From Oopsacas minuta (taxonomy: Eukaryota > Animalia > Porifera), in assembly GCA_024704765.1 (NCBI GenBank), contig JAKMXF010000350.1, forward strand, positions 108,972 through 172,971: a DNA stretch of 64,000 nucleotides. The letters are read 5' to 3'. The notes beneath the pieces are model-generated. The model was given only the letters and a program-made list of their open reading frames with translations. It made no database searches and had not been told where the DNA came from. The translations under genes and the position numbers were made by a program. Below are positions 1 through 12,045 of this stretch, piece after piece. Position 1 is the stretch's first letter. The number at the start of each line of letters is the position of its first letter.

Positions 1-131
1 CATTAAATATTTTACATTTTAACACTTTATATAATACTATCATTGACGTTTCTGATAACTAAATAGTAATATGAATATGGACAATCTCACGATTGGGAAT
101 AATATTGTTAAGAGAAATAATAAAATAGGAT

Positions 132-1588
132 TACGCAGTTATGAATAAATAGATTTGCAAACAAACATAAAATAATTTATTAAACTTTATATAACCAATC
201 CTAACTTGTGAACAGAACTGAGAAGACAGGTAGTATAGAAGAATAGTTTAGCATACATATAACGGTTTGTCTTCATACAGTAAACATTGGATTTAACGAC
301 ATCGGCTTTAACGACAAATCGCTTATAACGACTCATTTTGCTTACCCAGAATCTCGCAGCATTATTCTGCACACACCATACCTCGGGTATAACGACCTGT
401 CAGATACGACAAATTGAATTTAACGACATATTTTCTGTGTCTGCTCCATGCAAATCCCATCGGATATTACGACTTTTGGGCTGTCTGTACCGTGGACTTC
501 AGAAAAGTGTACTAATTAGTGAATTATTAAGGATAATAATTGCTTTAATTATATAGCAATTAAAATCTCCCCTGTTTTGAATCAACAGCAACTGGCTTCT
601 TACGAAAAAGTATTTGTAGCATAAACTGCTATGATAGATTTTCCATCTTCTCAATACTGCCATAAATATAATCAAACTTAAGAGCTAAACAGCTGCATAA
701 TCCTCAAGATATTAAACTGACTACAAATTGTGTAGTCTTAAATGTGTGCACAGATCTGTGTATCTCAGGGACTGGAATAAAATCGTTACATCTATAGTGA
801 GTATAGTCTATAGGAAGTAAGGGAAAGATGAGAGGAAAGTTTACTACCCTATTTGTAAANTACGCAGTTATGAATAAATAGATTTGCAAACAAACATAAA
901 ATAATTTATTAAACTTTATATAACCAATCCTAACTTGTGAACAGAACTGAGAAGACAGGTAGTATAGAAGAATAGTTTAGCATACATATAACGGTTTGTC
1001 TTCATACAGTAAACATTGGATTTAACGACATCGGCTTTAACGACAAATCGCTTATAACGACTCATTTTGCTTACCCAGAATCTCGCAGCATTATTCTGCA
1101 CACACCATACCTCGGGTATAACGACCTGTCAGATACGACAAATTGAATTTAACGACATATTTTCTGTGTCTGCTCCATGCAAATCCCATCGGATATTACG
1201 ACTTTTGGGCTGTCTGTACCGTGGACTTCAGAAAAGTGTACTAATTAGTGAATTATTAAGGATAATAATTGCTTTAATTATATAGCAATTAAAATCTCCC
1301 CTGTTTTGAATCAACAGCAACTGGCTTCTTACGAAAAAGTATTTGTAGCATAAACTGCTATGATAGATTTTCCATCTTCTCAATACTGCCATAAATATAA
1401 TCAAACTTAAGAGCTAAACAGCTGCATAATCCTCAAGATATTAAACTGACTACAAATTGTGTAGTCTTAAATGTGTGCACAGATCTGTGTATCTCAGGGA
1501 CTGGAATAAAATCGTTACATCTATAGTGAGTATAGTCTATAGGAAGTAAGGGAAAGATGAGAGGAAAGTTTACTACCCTATTTGTAAA
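132..1588. repeat. Exact 728-bp direct duplication (132-859 and 861-1588) separated by a single N; probable contig-overlap artifact
   Basis: Both copies start tacgcagttatgaat and end ctatttgtaaa; the ORF track gives identical peptides offset by 729 bp; N at 860. Confidence 0.9.
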
Positions 1589-4500
1589 TGACATCTCTAA
1601 ATTAGAACATGTTCGTTACGTCTTCTAAGTTCTAATCACTGTAGCGTTCAATATTCTGTTACCAAAGCGAATATTGAACTAACCTTACCTAATATCAATT
1701 CATATCATACTACATTATAATCTAATTCAACGGTTCAACTTAAATCGTTGAGACGTTACAGCAATTAAAGTACTATTACAATTAACTTAAAATTGCATAT
1801 CGAATTGCCCTTTATGCTACGAAATAATTTTAGGATATCAAAAATCAGATTTTATGCATATCTTGGATATGAAATAAATTTAAATAAACAAGCTTGATGT
1901 ACACTAAATAATAGATCAATAGCTCAATTAACACAATATTAATCTCACATAAAGTAATCCTCCAAGCGGGTAGCGTTAGTCTCTAGCTTTTCCCGTTCAT
2001 TATTCAAGTCTGCTTTGGCAATATTCATCTCATAAGTTTCTAGAGAGGTATGCACTTCCTGTTTACGAACCTCTGCATGAAGGGAATTCTCATCCCTCTT
2101 ATCGTCCATGGTAGTCATTTCCTCTAAAATGGAAAGCGTAGAAATTCACTAAATATTTTGAAAACATAATAGTCCTAGATAGGTCAGTCAGGGGCAGCAA
2201 TATCTTTAAAGAATAAGGTAGGGGCTGAGGGAGGACATAAATACACATCTCTCGTACAGCAATAAAAATCGCATATTATGACTTGGACAGCGAGATCTTG
2301 GTAAATACTATATCAACAGGGAGGGCAGATATGAGAACTGTAGGAATAACAAGATCTTTTGCACCGATAGTAGACGAACAACGTGGATAAAAGTTAATTT
2401 CCAATATTTTATACATAAGGATCAATGATAATAAATCTTCCTTAGAAATAATAAGATGATATATATTGTACAAGTGACTCAGTAGCGGTAAAATTCCAAT
2501 AATCCCATCTATATCCAATTTATCTTGTTTGGCTTTTTATGGTATCTAATTATTGGTAAATAATTATATAATAAATGACACAATTAATACTATCTATATC
2601 TGAGATTAGGTACGAGCTGAGCTAAGGTCAAAAGGTCCGTTGTGTTTATTATCATGAATATTAGCATCTTATGCCAGATGGGGCGTCACTGGAAATTTCT
2701 CCCTCGGGATAGAGGCCGATCTGAGGTCTAAACAAGGCGTGAAAGTTGGTATATCTGGCTCGGACCAAAAGTCAGCTGGGCCAAAATTCCGTGACAACCT
2801 CTGTATAGACTTTCTTCAAGCAGAACTTGGAATTTGGGTATCAAAAAGTCCGTTCCGTTGAGTGAAATAGAGAAGGCTTTGTTCTTTTTGTGATTGTGCC
2901 ATTAAAATTCTTGTAATTTTGTCATTCAAGTGAATATTCTTAGTGACAGGTTGTGGTTTTTCTCTGAGAGTAACAGGCTAGTGCTAGTGAAAGATAATTG
3001 TGGGAATAGGAATTATAGAAGGTTTAAACAACTTAGATCTAATATACTGTAATGCACAGATAATTATTCACGCTGCCACTAACACCAGCCAATAAAATTA
3101 CAAAAGGATTTGACTGAAACATTAAAGCAAGCCAATCCAAATCAAATCAAATCCACAACCTGGCGGTGTCACTGAGAAAAATTATACTCCTGACATTTGC
3201 TTCTAATTATATATTTTCACTTTTATAAAGAGATGCTTTAGTTCCATAGGCACTACAGGTTGAAGCCTTGAAGGTAGATATATTTGAAAATGTGTATTTC
3301 TGATTGCCACCATTAAACATATTGGAACAACAAAGTATATTTAATCGCCATCACTGACTGCTCATTATTTGCAATCATTCTATTCTAGAGTTCTGTTTAT
3401 TTGTGTTTGGTTTTCTTTTCTTTTCTATTTGCTCATTAGCTAATACCGAATATATGTCGTCGAGTGATAGCTATTCTAGTACAAGGGTACATTCTCCAAG
3501 AGTCTGTTGATAATTCAATCACATCTAGTGTATCATATTCAGAAGACTACAGGAGTAACTCACCTCCTCCTGTCGATGCTCCCTATGCTACCATCTCACC
3601 TCTGACATCACTTCCACCTGAACCCACATCTTCCCAGCACCAGTCAGTCCATCTACACCGGGGATATCGGGTGTCTCTTCAGTCTGAATTCGCACATGTG
3701 GGATCGCAATCTCAAGACCTACCCTTCCCGACCTACAAAGCGAGTGGGTCGCCCTCATAAGCGTCTCTACGGTTTCCAACGCTGTTAGCATACCAAGTAC
3801 CACCTTAGAGCCAGACCAAGCAGCAAAGCCCACTCACAAGCCTTGACTATGTCGCTGCTAATTACTCTACAGTAATCTTCCAGAATCGGGAATCAACACC
3901 TAGTAAGCTGTCATCTGGTCCGCAGGTACTACTCAATCATGTGGCAGGGATTCATTCAAGCTGCCCTACAGGAGATAACTCATGGTGTCGTTGGAAAAAC
4001 ACTTCTGGTACTATAGCTGTTCTTTCAACATCTGTCCTAACAGCTAATAGGTCTCATATTAGAATCAGCACTGGTACTTTTGGAATTGATTGATATATTT
4101 TTTGACTTGATTGAAACTTTTGAGCACTGCTATCGCTGTTCTAACGTTCAACGATTGGTAGCTGTCAATAATCGGTATTCTTGACGGACTGGGTCTGTCT
4201 CCTACCTGTAAGGAGTACAATTCTATCCTGAAGAGAGAATATATGTCGGATTATTCCGAAAAGGACACTTTTCCAGAGAAGAAGACGGATGCGATACGTC
4301 GAACAGCACAGAGAAAAGCCTTGTAAAAATCTGAGGGCAGGAGAAACTACAGAGGAGAGGGTTTGTAGCAGAGAGTGTACCATAGGAGAAGAAGCGACTG
4401 GGTAGGGTTCGAGGATGGAGAAGACGGAGTGGTGCAAAGAGGAGAATGAAAGAGCGCAATGTCTCTCCTAATTCGTGCAACAGTTTCGGCGAGTCTGATA

Positions 4501-4959
4501 CCCTGTCCAGCATATTGTTTTGACGAAAATAGTCCCCCGGACCAATTTCGTCAAATTAGATTATTTCGTCAAATTAGATTATTTCGTGGCAGGAAAAACT
4601 AGTCAGGACTTCAGGAGTAATACAGGCATTAGTCATTAAAGATAATGAGTTAGGTGAAATTTTACAAAATGTCCAGCCGACAGACTGGTAGTGCAACACA
4701 GGGTTATGTATGTATTCTTTTCAGGGGGCACGCCTCCCTGACCCCCGTGTAAATGCCACAATGCATCGGAACTGAATGATTTTTGGCTCCTAAGTCGGAT
4801 AAATGTTTCAGGATTTTCATGATTATTCGTCCTCTAATGTACTTCCTGTCCTATCTTCAAATCTTATTGATAGAATTCCTAATAATTACCTTACAATTAC
4901 CTCATGCCTAACTTTTGAAGCGAAATCTGTAGCATCAATTTGAAATATGTTCAAAAAGG

Positions 4960-5680
4960 CACGAAAATATGATTAATCATATGATAAATAATTTAGCTAT
5001 AGATTTGAAAATGTCAAAATTGAAATCTACATACTTGATTACCCCTTACTAGCAGTTAAAACGAATTCTCTAGCATGATTTTGAATAATATGCACAAAGG
5101 TGTGAAATACGATTAATCATATAATAAATAATTTAGCTATATATTTGAAAATGTCAAAATTGAAATCTACATACTTGATTACCCCTTACTAGCAGTTAAA
5201 ACGAATTCTCTAGCATGATTTTGAATAATATGCACAAAGGTGTGAAATACGATTAATCATATAATAAATAATTTAGCTATATATTTGAAAATGTCAAAAT
5301 TGAAATCTACATACTTGATTACCCCTTACTAGCAGTTAAAACGAATTCTCTAGCATGATTTTGAATAATATGCACAAAGGTGTGAAATACGATTAATCAT
5401 ATGATAAATCATTTAGCAATAGATTTGAAAATGTCAAAATTGAAATCTACATACTTGATTACCCCTTACTAGCAGTTAAAACGAATTCTCTAGCATGATT
5501 TTGAATAATATGCACAAAGGTGTGAAATACGATTAATCATATGATAAATAATTTAGCTATATATTTGAAAATGTCAAAATTGAAATCTACATACTTGATT
5601 ACCCCTTACCAGCAGTTAAAACGAAATCTCTAGCATGATTTTGGAATAAAATAGAAAGGTGTGATAACATGATTAATCAC
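4960..5680. repeat. Tandem array of ~140-bp units (~5 copies)
   Basis: gattaatca recurs at 4971, 5111, 5251, 5391, 5531 and 5671; units are nearly identical. Confidence 0.95.
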
Positions 5681-5788
5681 GAAAAGGTGTGATATATTCA
5701 CAAATTCTAACTCGATGTGCAATCTCAGACCTTAAAAGTATTTGTATGTCAATTCTCTGATAAATTCGGCTTTTAGATGATGCTAGAT

Positions 5789-6014
5789 CAGGTTTAGCAG
5801 GTTTAGCCTGTTTAACAGGTTAAGCAGGTTAAGCAGGTTAAACCGGTTTAGCAGGTTTAACCGGTTTAGCAGGTTAAACCGGTTTAGTAGGTTAAACAGG
5901 TTTAGCAGGTTTAGCCTGTTTAACCGGTTTAACAGGTTAAGCCGGTTAAGCAGGTTTAACCGGTTTAGCAGGTTTAGCCTGTTTAACCGGTTTAACAGGT
6001 TTGCCGGTTTTGCA
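5789..6014. repeat. 9-bp minisatellite (GGTTTAGCA / GGTTAAGCA / GGTTTAACC variants)
   Basis: About 25 degenerate 9-mers read directly, containing AACCGGTT palindromes. Confidence 0.9.
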
Positions 6015-6019
6015 GATTG

Positions 6020-6500
6020 GTCGCATTTTTAATTTTCTCATATGTAAATTTATTGTTGTTTTTAAATGTTGAAATCTCGAAATATACTCAGAGACTTGCT
6101 CCCAATGGACATATAGGGGTAATCAAGTACGCTGATTCCGAATTTCGCATTTTCAAGTTTCTCATATGTAAATTTATTGTTGTTTTTATGAATACAAAGT
6201 AAACAAATTTCAAAATTGAAGTAGAATCATACTTTCAACGACTATCCTGGGGTAATCGAGTATGCTGAGTCCGAATATGATATTGTAAACAACATATTGT
6301 GAATATTTGTTTACTTTTAGGTCCATAAAGTAAACAAACTTCAAAATTGTTGTAGAAACATACTTTCAATGGTTATACTGAGGTAATCGTGTATGCTGAG
6401 TCCAAATATGGTATTGTGAACAACATATTGTGAATATTTGTTTACCTTTAGGTACATGAAGTAAACAAATTTCAAATTTTCAGAGTATACTTGTTTTGAC
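6020..6500 (+). repeat. Internally duplicated fragment of a dispersed Helitron-like repeat family
   Basis: catatgtaaatttattgttgtttt...ggggtaatcgagtatgctgagtccgaatatgatatt recurs here and at ~22040-22370, ~32040-32370 and ~43325-43640. Confidence 0.7.
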
Positions 6501-7231
6501 TTAAAGCTAAGAATCGTACTATCAACACATCCATTAGCAACAGTATAGATAACAGGGTTCTTAAGAGTATCCAAAGATAACATATCAGTTTAGCTGTTAT
6601 AGAAATCGTAGTAAATGCTAAAAACGAATACTTGATACTAAGATAGGTTCATCAAATTCGAATTGAATAGTTCCGACATCGTACAAATAAATATCCAGGT
6701 GCATGTCTAGATGAGAAAATACATATAGGCACCCATTTCAGACTTTCGCACTACAGCCATGCAGACGTACGGATATCTCTATATAGGGTATTCACTAAAA
6801 AATAACCATCAAGGGTGCAACAAAATGTCCTGTAATGAGATGTTGGTATCCACATTATAAACACGAATAAATCACATAAATGACTACCGCACAGAACATC
6901 CCAAATATACACATAAATACATAATACAAACATGTATGTATTATGAGTTGCCACTATTGAATGTTCCAATCTGGTTGAAGAAAACCAGTGTCGGAGGCAT
7001 TGTCCCATCCCAATTAGGGAACCCAGTGGAATTTGTCTCCCAATCTCCTGTGGAGTTATATATATATCTAGTCGGTCAAAGATACTGCAGTAGACTTCTC
7101 TCCTTTATACTCATTTTGCGTTTAAGACATATGTATATTAAAATCGTTAGCGCCTCAAAGATTAAGCAGCTCATTGGGCCGTACAAATTCCAGGCGTTAG
7201 AATATAGATTATTCCCAGTGGACCCATAGAT

Positions 7232-7915
7232 CAGTGGTTCTCAAACTGGGGTATGCCAGCACTTTTCCTAGGAGTACGCCGGTGTTTCACCTAATCATAT
7301 ACAAATATTTCGAGTTGCACTCCATTATGTCAACAGACTCAGCACATAGATAGTAATTTCATGCCAAATAATTAATATGTATCAGTTGCAATGGTTTCAT
7401 CACTAATTATTATCACCTTTGAATATTTATTGTTTGAGGTTATGCTAATTAAGGATTCCATTGTCCATAAATATGTGTCAACTCATATTAATTTCAATAT
7501 CACACCCACCCGTGTATCGTATTGTTCTTATAAAATGGAATAAAATGGAAATTGGAAGAGTATTTCTTTGAGACCTTAACTTTATTACCAAATTCATATG
7601 GAATCTGCTAAGAACGGAAATATAATGAAGATTATATCAAATATGGATTTATATCCATACTTAAAGAGGGGACGGGAACTACCACAATGTGTAATATGTT
7701 ATAAGGTGCTATCTGAGGGCTCGATGGAACCAAGTTTTCTAAAACACCATTTAAGCGGGTACCACCAAAATCTTGCAGATAAGGATATAGATTCCTTCAA
7801 GGACCAAGAGGTTGGAGTAAAACGAATCCGTATAGATCACAGAGAACAATTGAGTCAACAGACTCAAGCAGGTCTTCGTGCCTCGCACATGGTGGCTTTG
7901 CGAATCGCTACGTAG
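7232..7915 (+). mobile_element. Truncated hAT (Buster/Charlie, ZBED5-like) transposon: 5' TIR plus BED-finger fragment
   Basis: CAGTGGTTCTCAAAC terminus at 7232; ORF 7598-7915 has PQCVICYKVLSEGSMEPSFLKHHLSGYH (BED zinc finger); no right TIR found. Confidence 0.75.
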
Positions 7916-7986
7916 AGTTATGAAAGGGAAAGTAAAGAAAATGAAATATAGAAAAACACACAAAGATAGAGTTGTATATACGTATA

Positions 7987-8892
7987 TCAAAATAATTGTA
8001 GACAGTTTACAGTATGCTCACACACAACTATAACTCTATCATGATAGTCTACTGTTACTGATGTTGGATGCTCAGAAACTGGAATATTGTGAATTGATTG
8101 GAATTCAGGATTGAAGATAGAAATAGAATTAGAAGCATAATCAGCAATTAGAATGTTGTTAGAATTGTCAATAGAGAATGAGTAGGGATTAAGGACTTGA
8201 TTTCCTGGACCGAGTGAAATTACACTCTTCTGGAGTATGTGGTTATGATTGAATAGATGGATACAAGGATTAGATTCATCTAACACATAAATGTATTCTT
8301 TAGAGAGTTTAACATCAAGAGGGTGTGTGAATGAACCAAATAGTGATTTGAATATGAAATCTTTTGAGAGTATTTGAACTCGATTGTTAGAATAATCACA
8401 AATATAAATATCATCATTAGATTCATTCATTACCATAACACAGGGATTGTAGAATTCGAATTCTCCTTTTCCTGGTTTACCAATTCTAGAAATAAATTCA
8501 CCATCAAGGTTATAATTCAGTATACCGTGGTTATGAGAAATTAGAATCCTACTCATACAAATAAATAAACTTATTGGATAGGACATCTTTCCTTCACCTC
8601 TACTGTCACCAAATTTGAATATATATTTAGCAGTACTGTCGAATACTTTAACACAGTGGTTCAAACAATCTGCTATATAAATATTTCCAGTCATGTTTTC
8701 AACTGTAACAAAAAGTGGACTGTTAAGTTCATCATTTTCTTCTCCTCTCTTACTAGCACATACTAGAGGTTGTATCCTACTTGTGTGATCAATTACAGTT
8801 TTCACTCTCTCTGGTTCAATAGGAGTAGCTGTGGCCATGGTCGCTAAATTTATAGAAAGAGGAAGTATACCTGAAATGAGCTCAGATTGCAT
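7987..8892 (-). CDS. NHL-repeat (six-bladed beta-propeller) protein, 301 aa, single exon
   Basis: Repeated NHL motifs: GNIYIADCLNHCVKVFD, DIYICDYSNNRVQIL, NILIADYASNSISIFN, G.GEFxNP. Confidence 0.85.
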   Translation of the reverse strand: MQSELISGILPLSINLATMATATPIEPERVKTVIDHTSRIQPLVCASKRGEENDELNSPLFVTVENMTGNIYIADCLNHCVKVFDSTAKYIFKFGDSRGEGKMSYPISLFICMSRILISHNHGILNYNLDGEFISRIGKPGKGEFEFYNPCVMVMNESNDDIYICDYSNNRVQILSKDFIFKSLFGSFTHPLDVKLSKEYIYVLDESNPCIHLFNHNHILQKSVISLGPGNQVLNPYSFSIDNSNNILIADYASNSISIFNPEFQSIHNIPVSEHPTSVTVDYHDRVIVVCEHTVNCLQLF

Positions 8893-8907
8893 TGTAGAAT
8901 ACTATAG

Positions 8908-11900
8908 CATAGTGTGCCAAAATCGCCATAATGGAGTATTAGGGTAACCATTACAACTAGGCATGTTTTAGGTGGTCTATATAGTAAATCGACACCGTAA
9001 ATTTCAAAAATTCATTTAAATTTCCGTAGTATTACCACTATTGGGAATATGACGTCATTTCGGTGATTTCATTATATTTAACATTCATGGTTCAATAATA
9101 TTATTTGTGAATTCTATTATTGAATTAATGGTATAAAGTCAAGTTTCCCATTAGAAGGATTATAGCATATATATAACTAACTATTATATAATAAGGAAGC
9201 AGGGGTGTAGTTTTTCCCTTTACTACATATTTGAGGGGATTATACCTTGTGGAAAACTTACTAAATATATAAACTCAATCTCTAATATTCTTTAATTAAT
9301 TATCATTCTCCAACACTATGCTATTATATAAGATATCTTGGGGGCTATTTGGGTCATTTGCACTAGAATTCCTCGTCTTGGTGGATGTAAAACGATTCTG
9401 CACTAATAGGGGATCACGACAACACAGAAGGCGAACTAGAATATCTCGTACATTGTCAGAGAATGATGTTTTCTGGCAAGATTTTCCCGATACCGCCTCA
9501 GGAACATATTACAAGCTTCTAAACATTCTTCTGATAGATTCTGTAATCCCCTGCCATTATTATAGTCTCCAATAATCTTGAAAGAATGGGAAAGTAGCTT
9601 GTGTAAAGAGGAGGTGATGTTCGCCCATGGAAACTGAACTAAGATGTATTCATACGTTTCTTTACATAATTCTTCCATGTTGCTATAATTGATTAAGTTA
9701 CCGCTGTTCACAAGTCGTAACACCACGGATAGATTAGTCTGGATCTTCTATCATAAGGGTTTATCAGATGGATTAATCGAGGAAGTCGCCCATTTTAAAA
9801 AGTTTCGCTGATCCATAAAGCAATCACGTGCAATGTTCCCAGTAGTTGATGTACCACCCTGACTTGAAGGAATATCCACACTGAAACTACACTTCTCTAA
9901 AAGAATTGCTCGAATCTGCAGATAGATGCATTTACTTTGTGATTAGATGGTGACCATACCTTGTGACCCGCATCAAGATGGTATATTAATAACATATACC
10001 ACCGGAATACACATAGGTAGGCATGCAAAGGGGAGGCAGCAATTATATTGATGTCAGAGGTGGGTTTGTGAGTTATACCCAAGCGTTGTTTGGATGGGAG
10101 TTTGAGGAAGTCATCCTCATTAACATCATCAAAGAGCTACCAAGCATCGCTAATTAACCTGTTTATGGGGAATCCAGAACGAATCCAGTCAATGCTTTTA
10201 ATTTCTTCATCAGATGCAGTACATAGATGACAAGAAGCTCCTCCAGCACCATCTAACAGTCCAGCCATTTTGGTGTCAAAGAGAGAACGGACAATATCAA
10301 CTTGCACATGTCCTCCTATTAGGGATAATCTGTTCACCAATATTTGGTCGGTTTGGGGATTGACAATTTTATCCATGATAAAATGAACATTATTATAATC
10401 ATCTTCCAATGTTATCAACGCAACCGGTCTGAAATAAAAGGGGGAGTTAGGAGAATGGTTGTAGAAGACATTCTTTCCAAGTGTATCTGCTATTGATAAT
10501 ATTCTGAATCCAAATAAGATGAAATATTTAGTACTAAAGACAGGGTTATTATTTTGTTGGTTATAGGTGCGATGAGACCCGGAACCATCTAATCCATCTG
10601 ATATCTTAACTGTGAGCGGATATTGTGAAATAGAAATTGGCACTAACGTTGAAATCAAGCGTTCGACTGTAAGCTTTAGTATCGAATGATAGGAGATACA
10701 AGTTCCAATTGAGAAACCTTCAGGATCATGGACTATCTCAATCTCATCAATCAAAGTTATTTCTCTACGATATCTGGAGATAAGCTTATAGGATGGTAAT
10801 TTTACTTGACATTTAAGGACTTTTTAAAATTTTTATATTTGCTCGCTCCAATCTCTAAACAGTCCAACAGAAAGGCAGATTTATCGATTGGCGCTTTGTG
10901 CAAGATTCCACTAAAAGAACCCTTGTTGATGATCTCCTTACACACTTGTGAGGTATCGCGATCGTAAGAATTGTTAGATATTAATTCTAAAGCCAGAGCA
11001 GCTAGTTGTTTAGGCTCGACATTTTCTCTTTCAGCTAAGAAATGAATATTATCTAAAAGAATGCTCAGTCTAGAATTGGAAGTTTGAAGATTGCAATCAA
11101 GTAATTGCTTTCTGGAATCATGGACAATTTCTTCAGAGAAATTTCGACTTTCAGAAATAGAAACTCTACGAAAAGGTTCTAATCCAGGATCGAGTGAAAT
11201 TCTCTTCTTTCTCGGAATGGAAGTTGATAGAGGTGTAGTATATGATGGAAGGTCAAATTCTCCCAAGTCTCAAGATCACTTTTCTTCTGGTAATACTCTC
11301 TGGATGATATAAGGGACTTGAACTTATATAGAATAGTATCATGCTCTTCCTGTAAAATATTATTATCATCAATAAGATACTGCGCAGTGGCTTTAGGGCT
11401 TTTGCCCATTGAAATATAGCTAACATATGCTTCTTTGTTGGTCACAACAGAGGCCATTACTTCACTGGGAGCTATTATTAGATAGAAAAGATTAAAATTA
11501 TTTTCGTACATCATCTAAATTTACAGGAGGGCAAGAATTTATAGAATTTACTTGAATTTCAAAAAAATTCTAAAAATACATTTTCCGATTTTTTGTCCGG
11601 TCCAAGCATTGATGTACTCAAAATATATTTGTGCACCCCGGTGCACGTATGAAATTGGTGTATAATTTCAAAAATGTAAACACTAAGCGATTAACAATAA
11701 ATTATCGTCCTCTTTTGTCACCTGATAGATGCAGCACTCCAAACACTATGTTAAAACTAAAATATTTCCCTCCAGGCCTTTAAAACTAGACAGCCAAACA
11801 AATTTTTTTAAAACATTGATACTAATAATAATTGCATAACTGTTCTAATATACGAAATACGTCAAATTGATGATTAACTACAAACGTTATATAGTATATA

Positions 11901-12045
11901 TTCGGAAGAAAATCGTTGCTAAGGTAGGTATGAGTCATACATACAATCATCAATATTTTCCTACTAATTCGACGATGGAGATTTACAAAACGTAGTTAAA
12001 TTCGTAATTGAAATTTTGCCTAATACGCCATATCGGCACACTGTG
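8908..12045 (-). mobile_element. Full-length RAG1-like / Transib-superfamily DNA transposon (3138 bp) with heptamer-led TIRs and 5-bp TSD
   Basis: TSD TATAG at 8903-8907 and 12046-12050; left end CATAGTGTGCC..., right end (reverse complement) CACAGTGTGCC...; internal RAG1-core-like coding sequence. Confidence 0.9.
9296..11514 (-). pseudogene. RAG1-like (RAG1L/Transib) transposase, ~740 codons, with frameshifts and stops
   Basis: Joined ORFs give KISDGLDGSG (first D), SLFDTKMAGLLDGAGGASCHLC (second D, CxxC), GGTSTTGNIARDCF, LHKLLSH (Zn His pair) and SEECLEACNMFLRRYRENLARK (E). Lesions: frameshifts ~11260, ~10815, ~9915, ~9470; stops 10137-10139 and 9748-9753. Confidence 0.9.

Noticed and set aside
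1925-2520. Possible minus-strand terminal exon (…EREKLETNATRLEDYFM*)
   Set aside because: Short, no recognisable domain, and I could not link it to upstream exons.
3464-4513. Overlapping Ser/Pro-rich ORFs in a relatively GC-richer patch
   Set aside because: Frames are interrupted on both strands with no recognisable family; may be a decayed gene or TE.
4960-5680. CRISPR-like array
   Set aside because: Units are contiguous near-identical 140-mers with no unique spacers, in a eukaryotic context with no cas genes.
7987-8892. NHL gene as the RAG2-like partner
   Set aside because: It lies outside the TSD-bounded element, has NHL rather than kelch repeats, has no PHD finger, and is not in the tail-to-tail orientation of ProtoRAG.
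9314-11752. Additional CACTATG heptamers at ~9314 and ~11746
   Set aside because: Internal to the element, with no TSD or matching TIR context; expected by chance.
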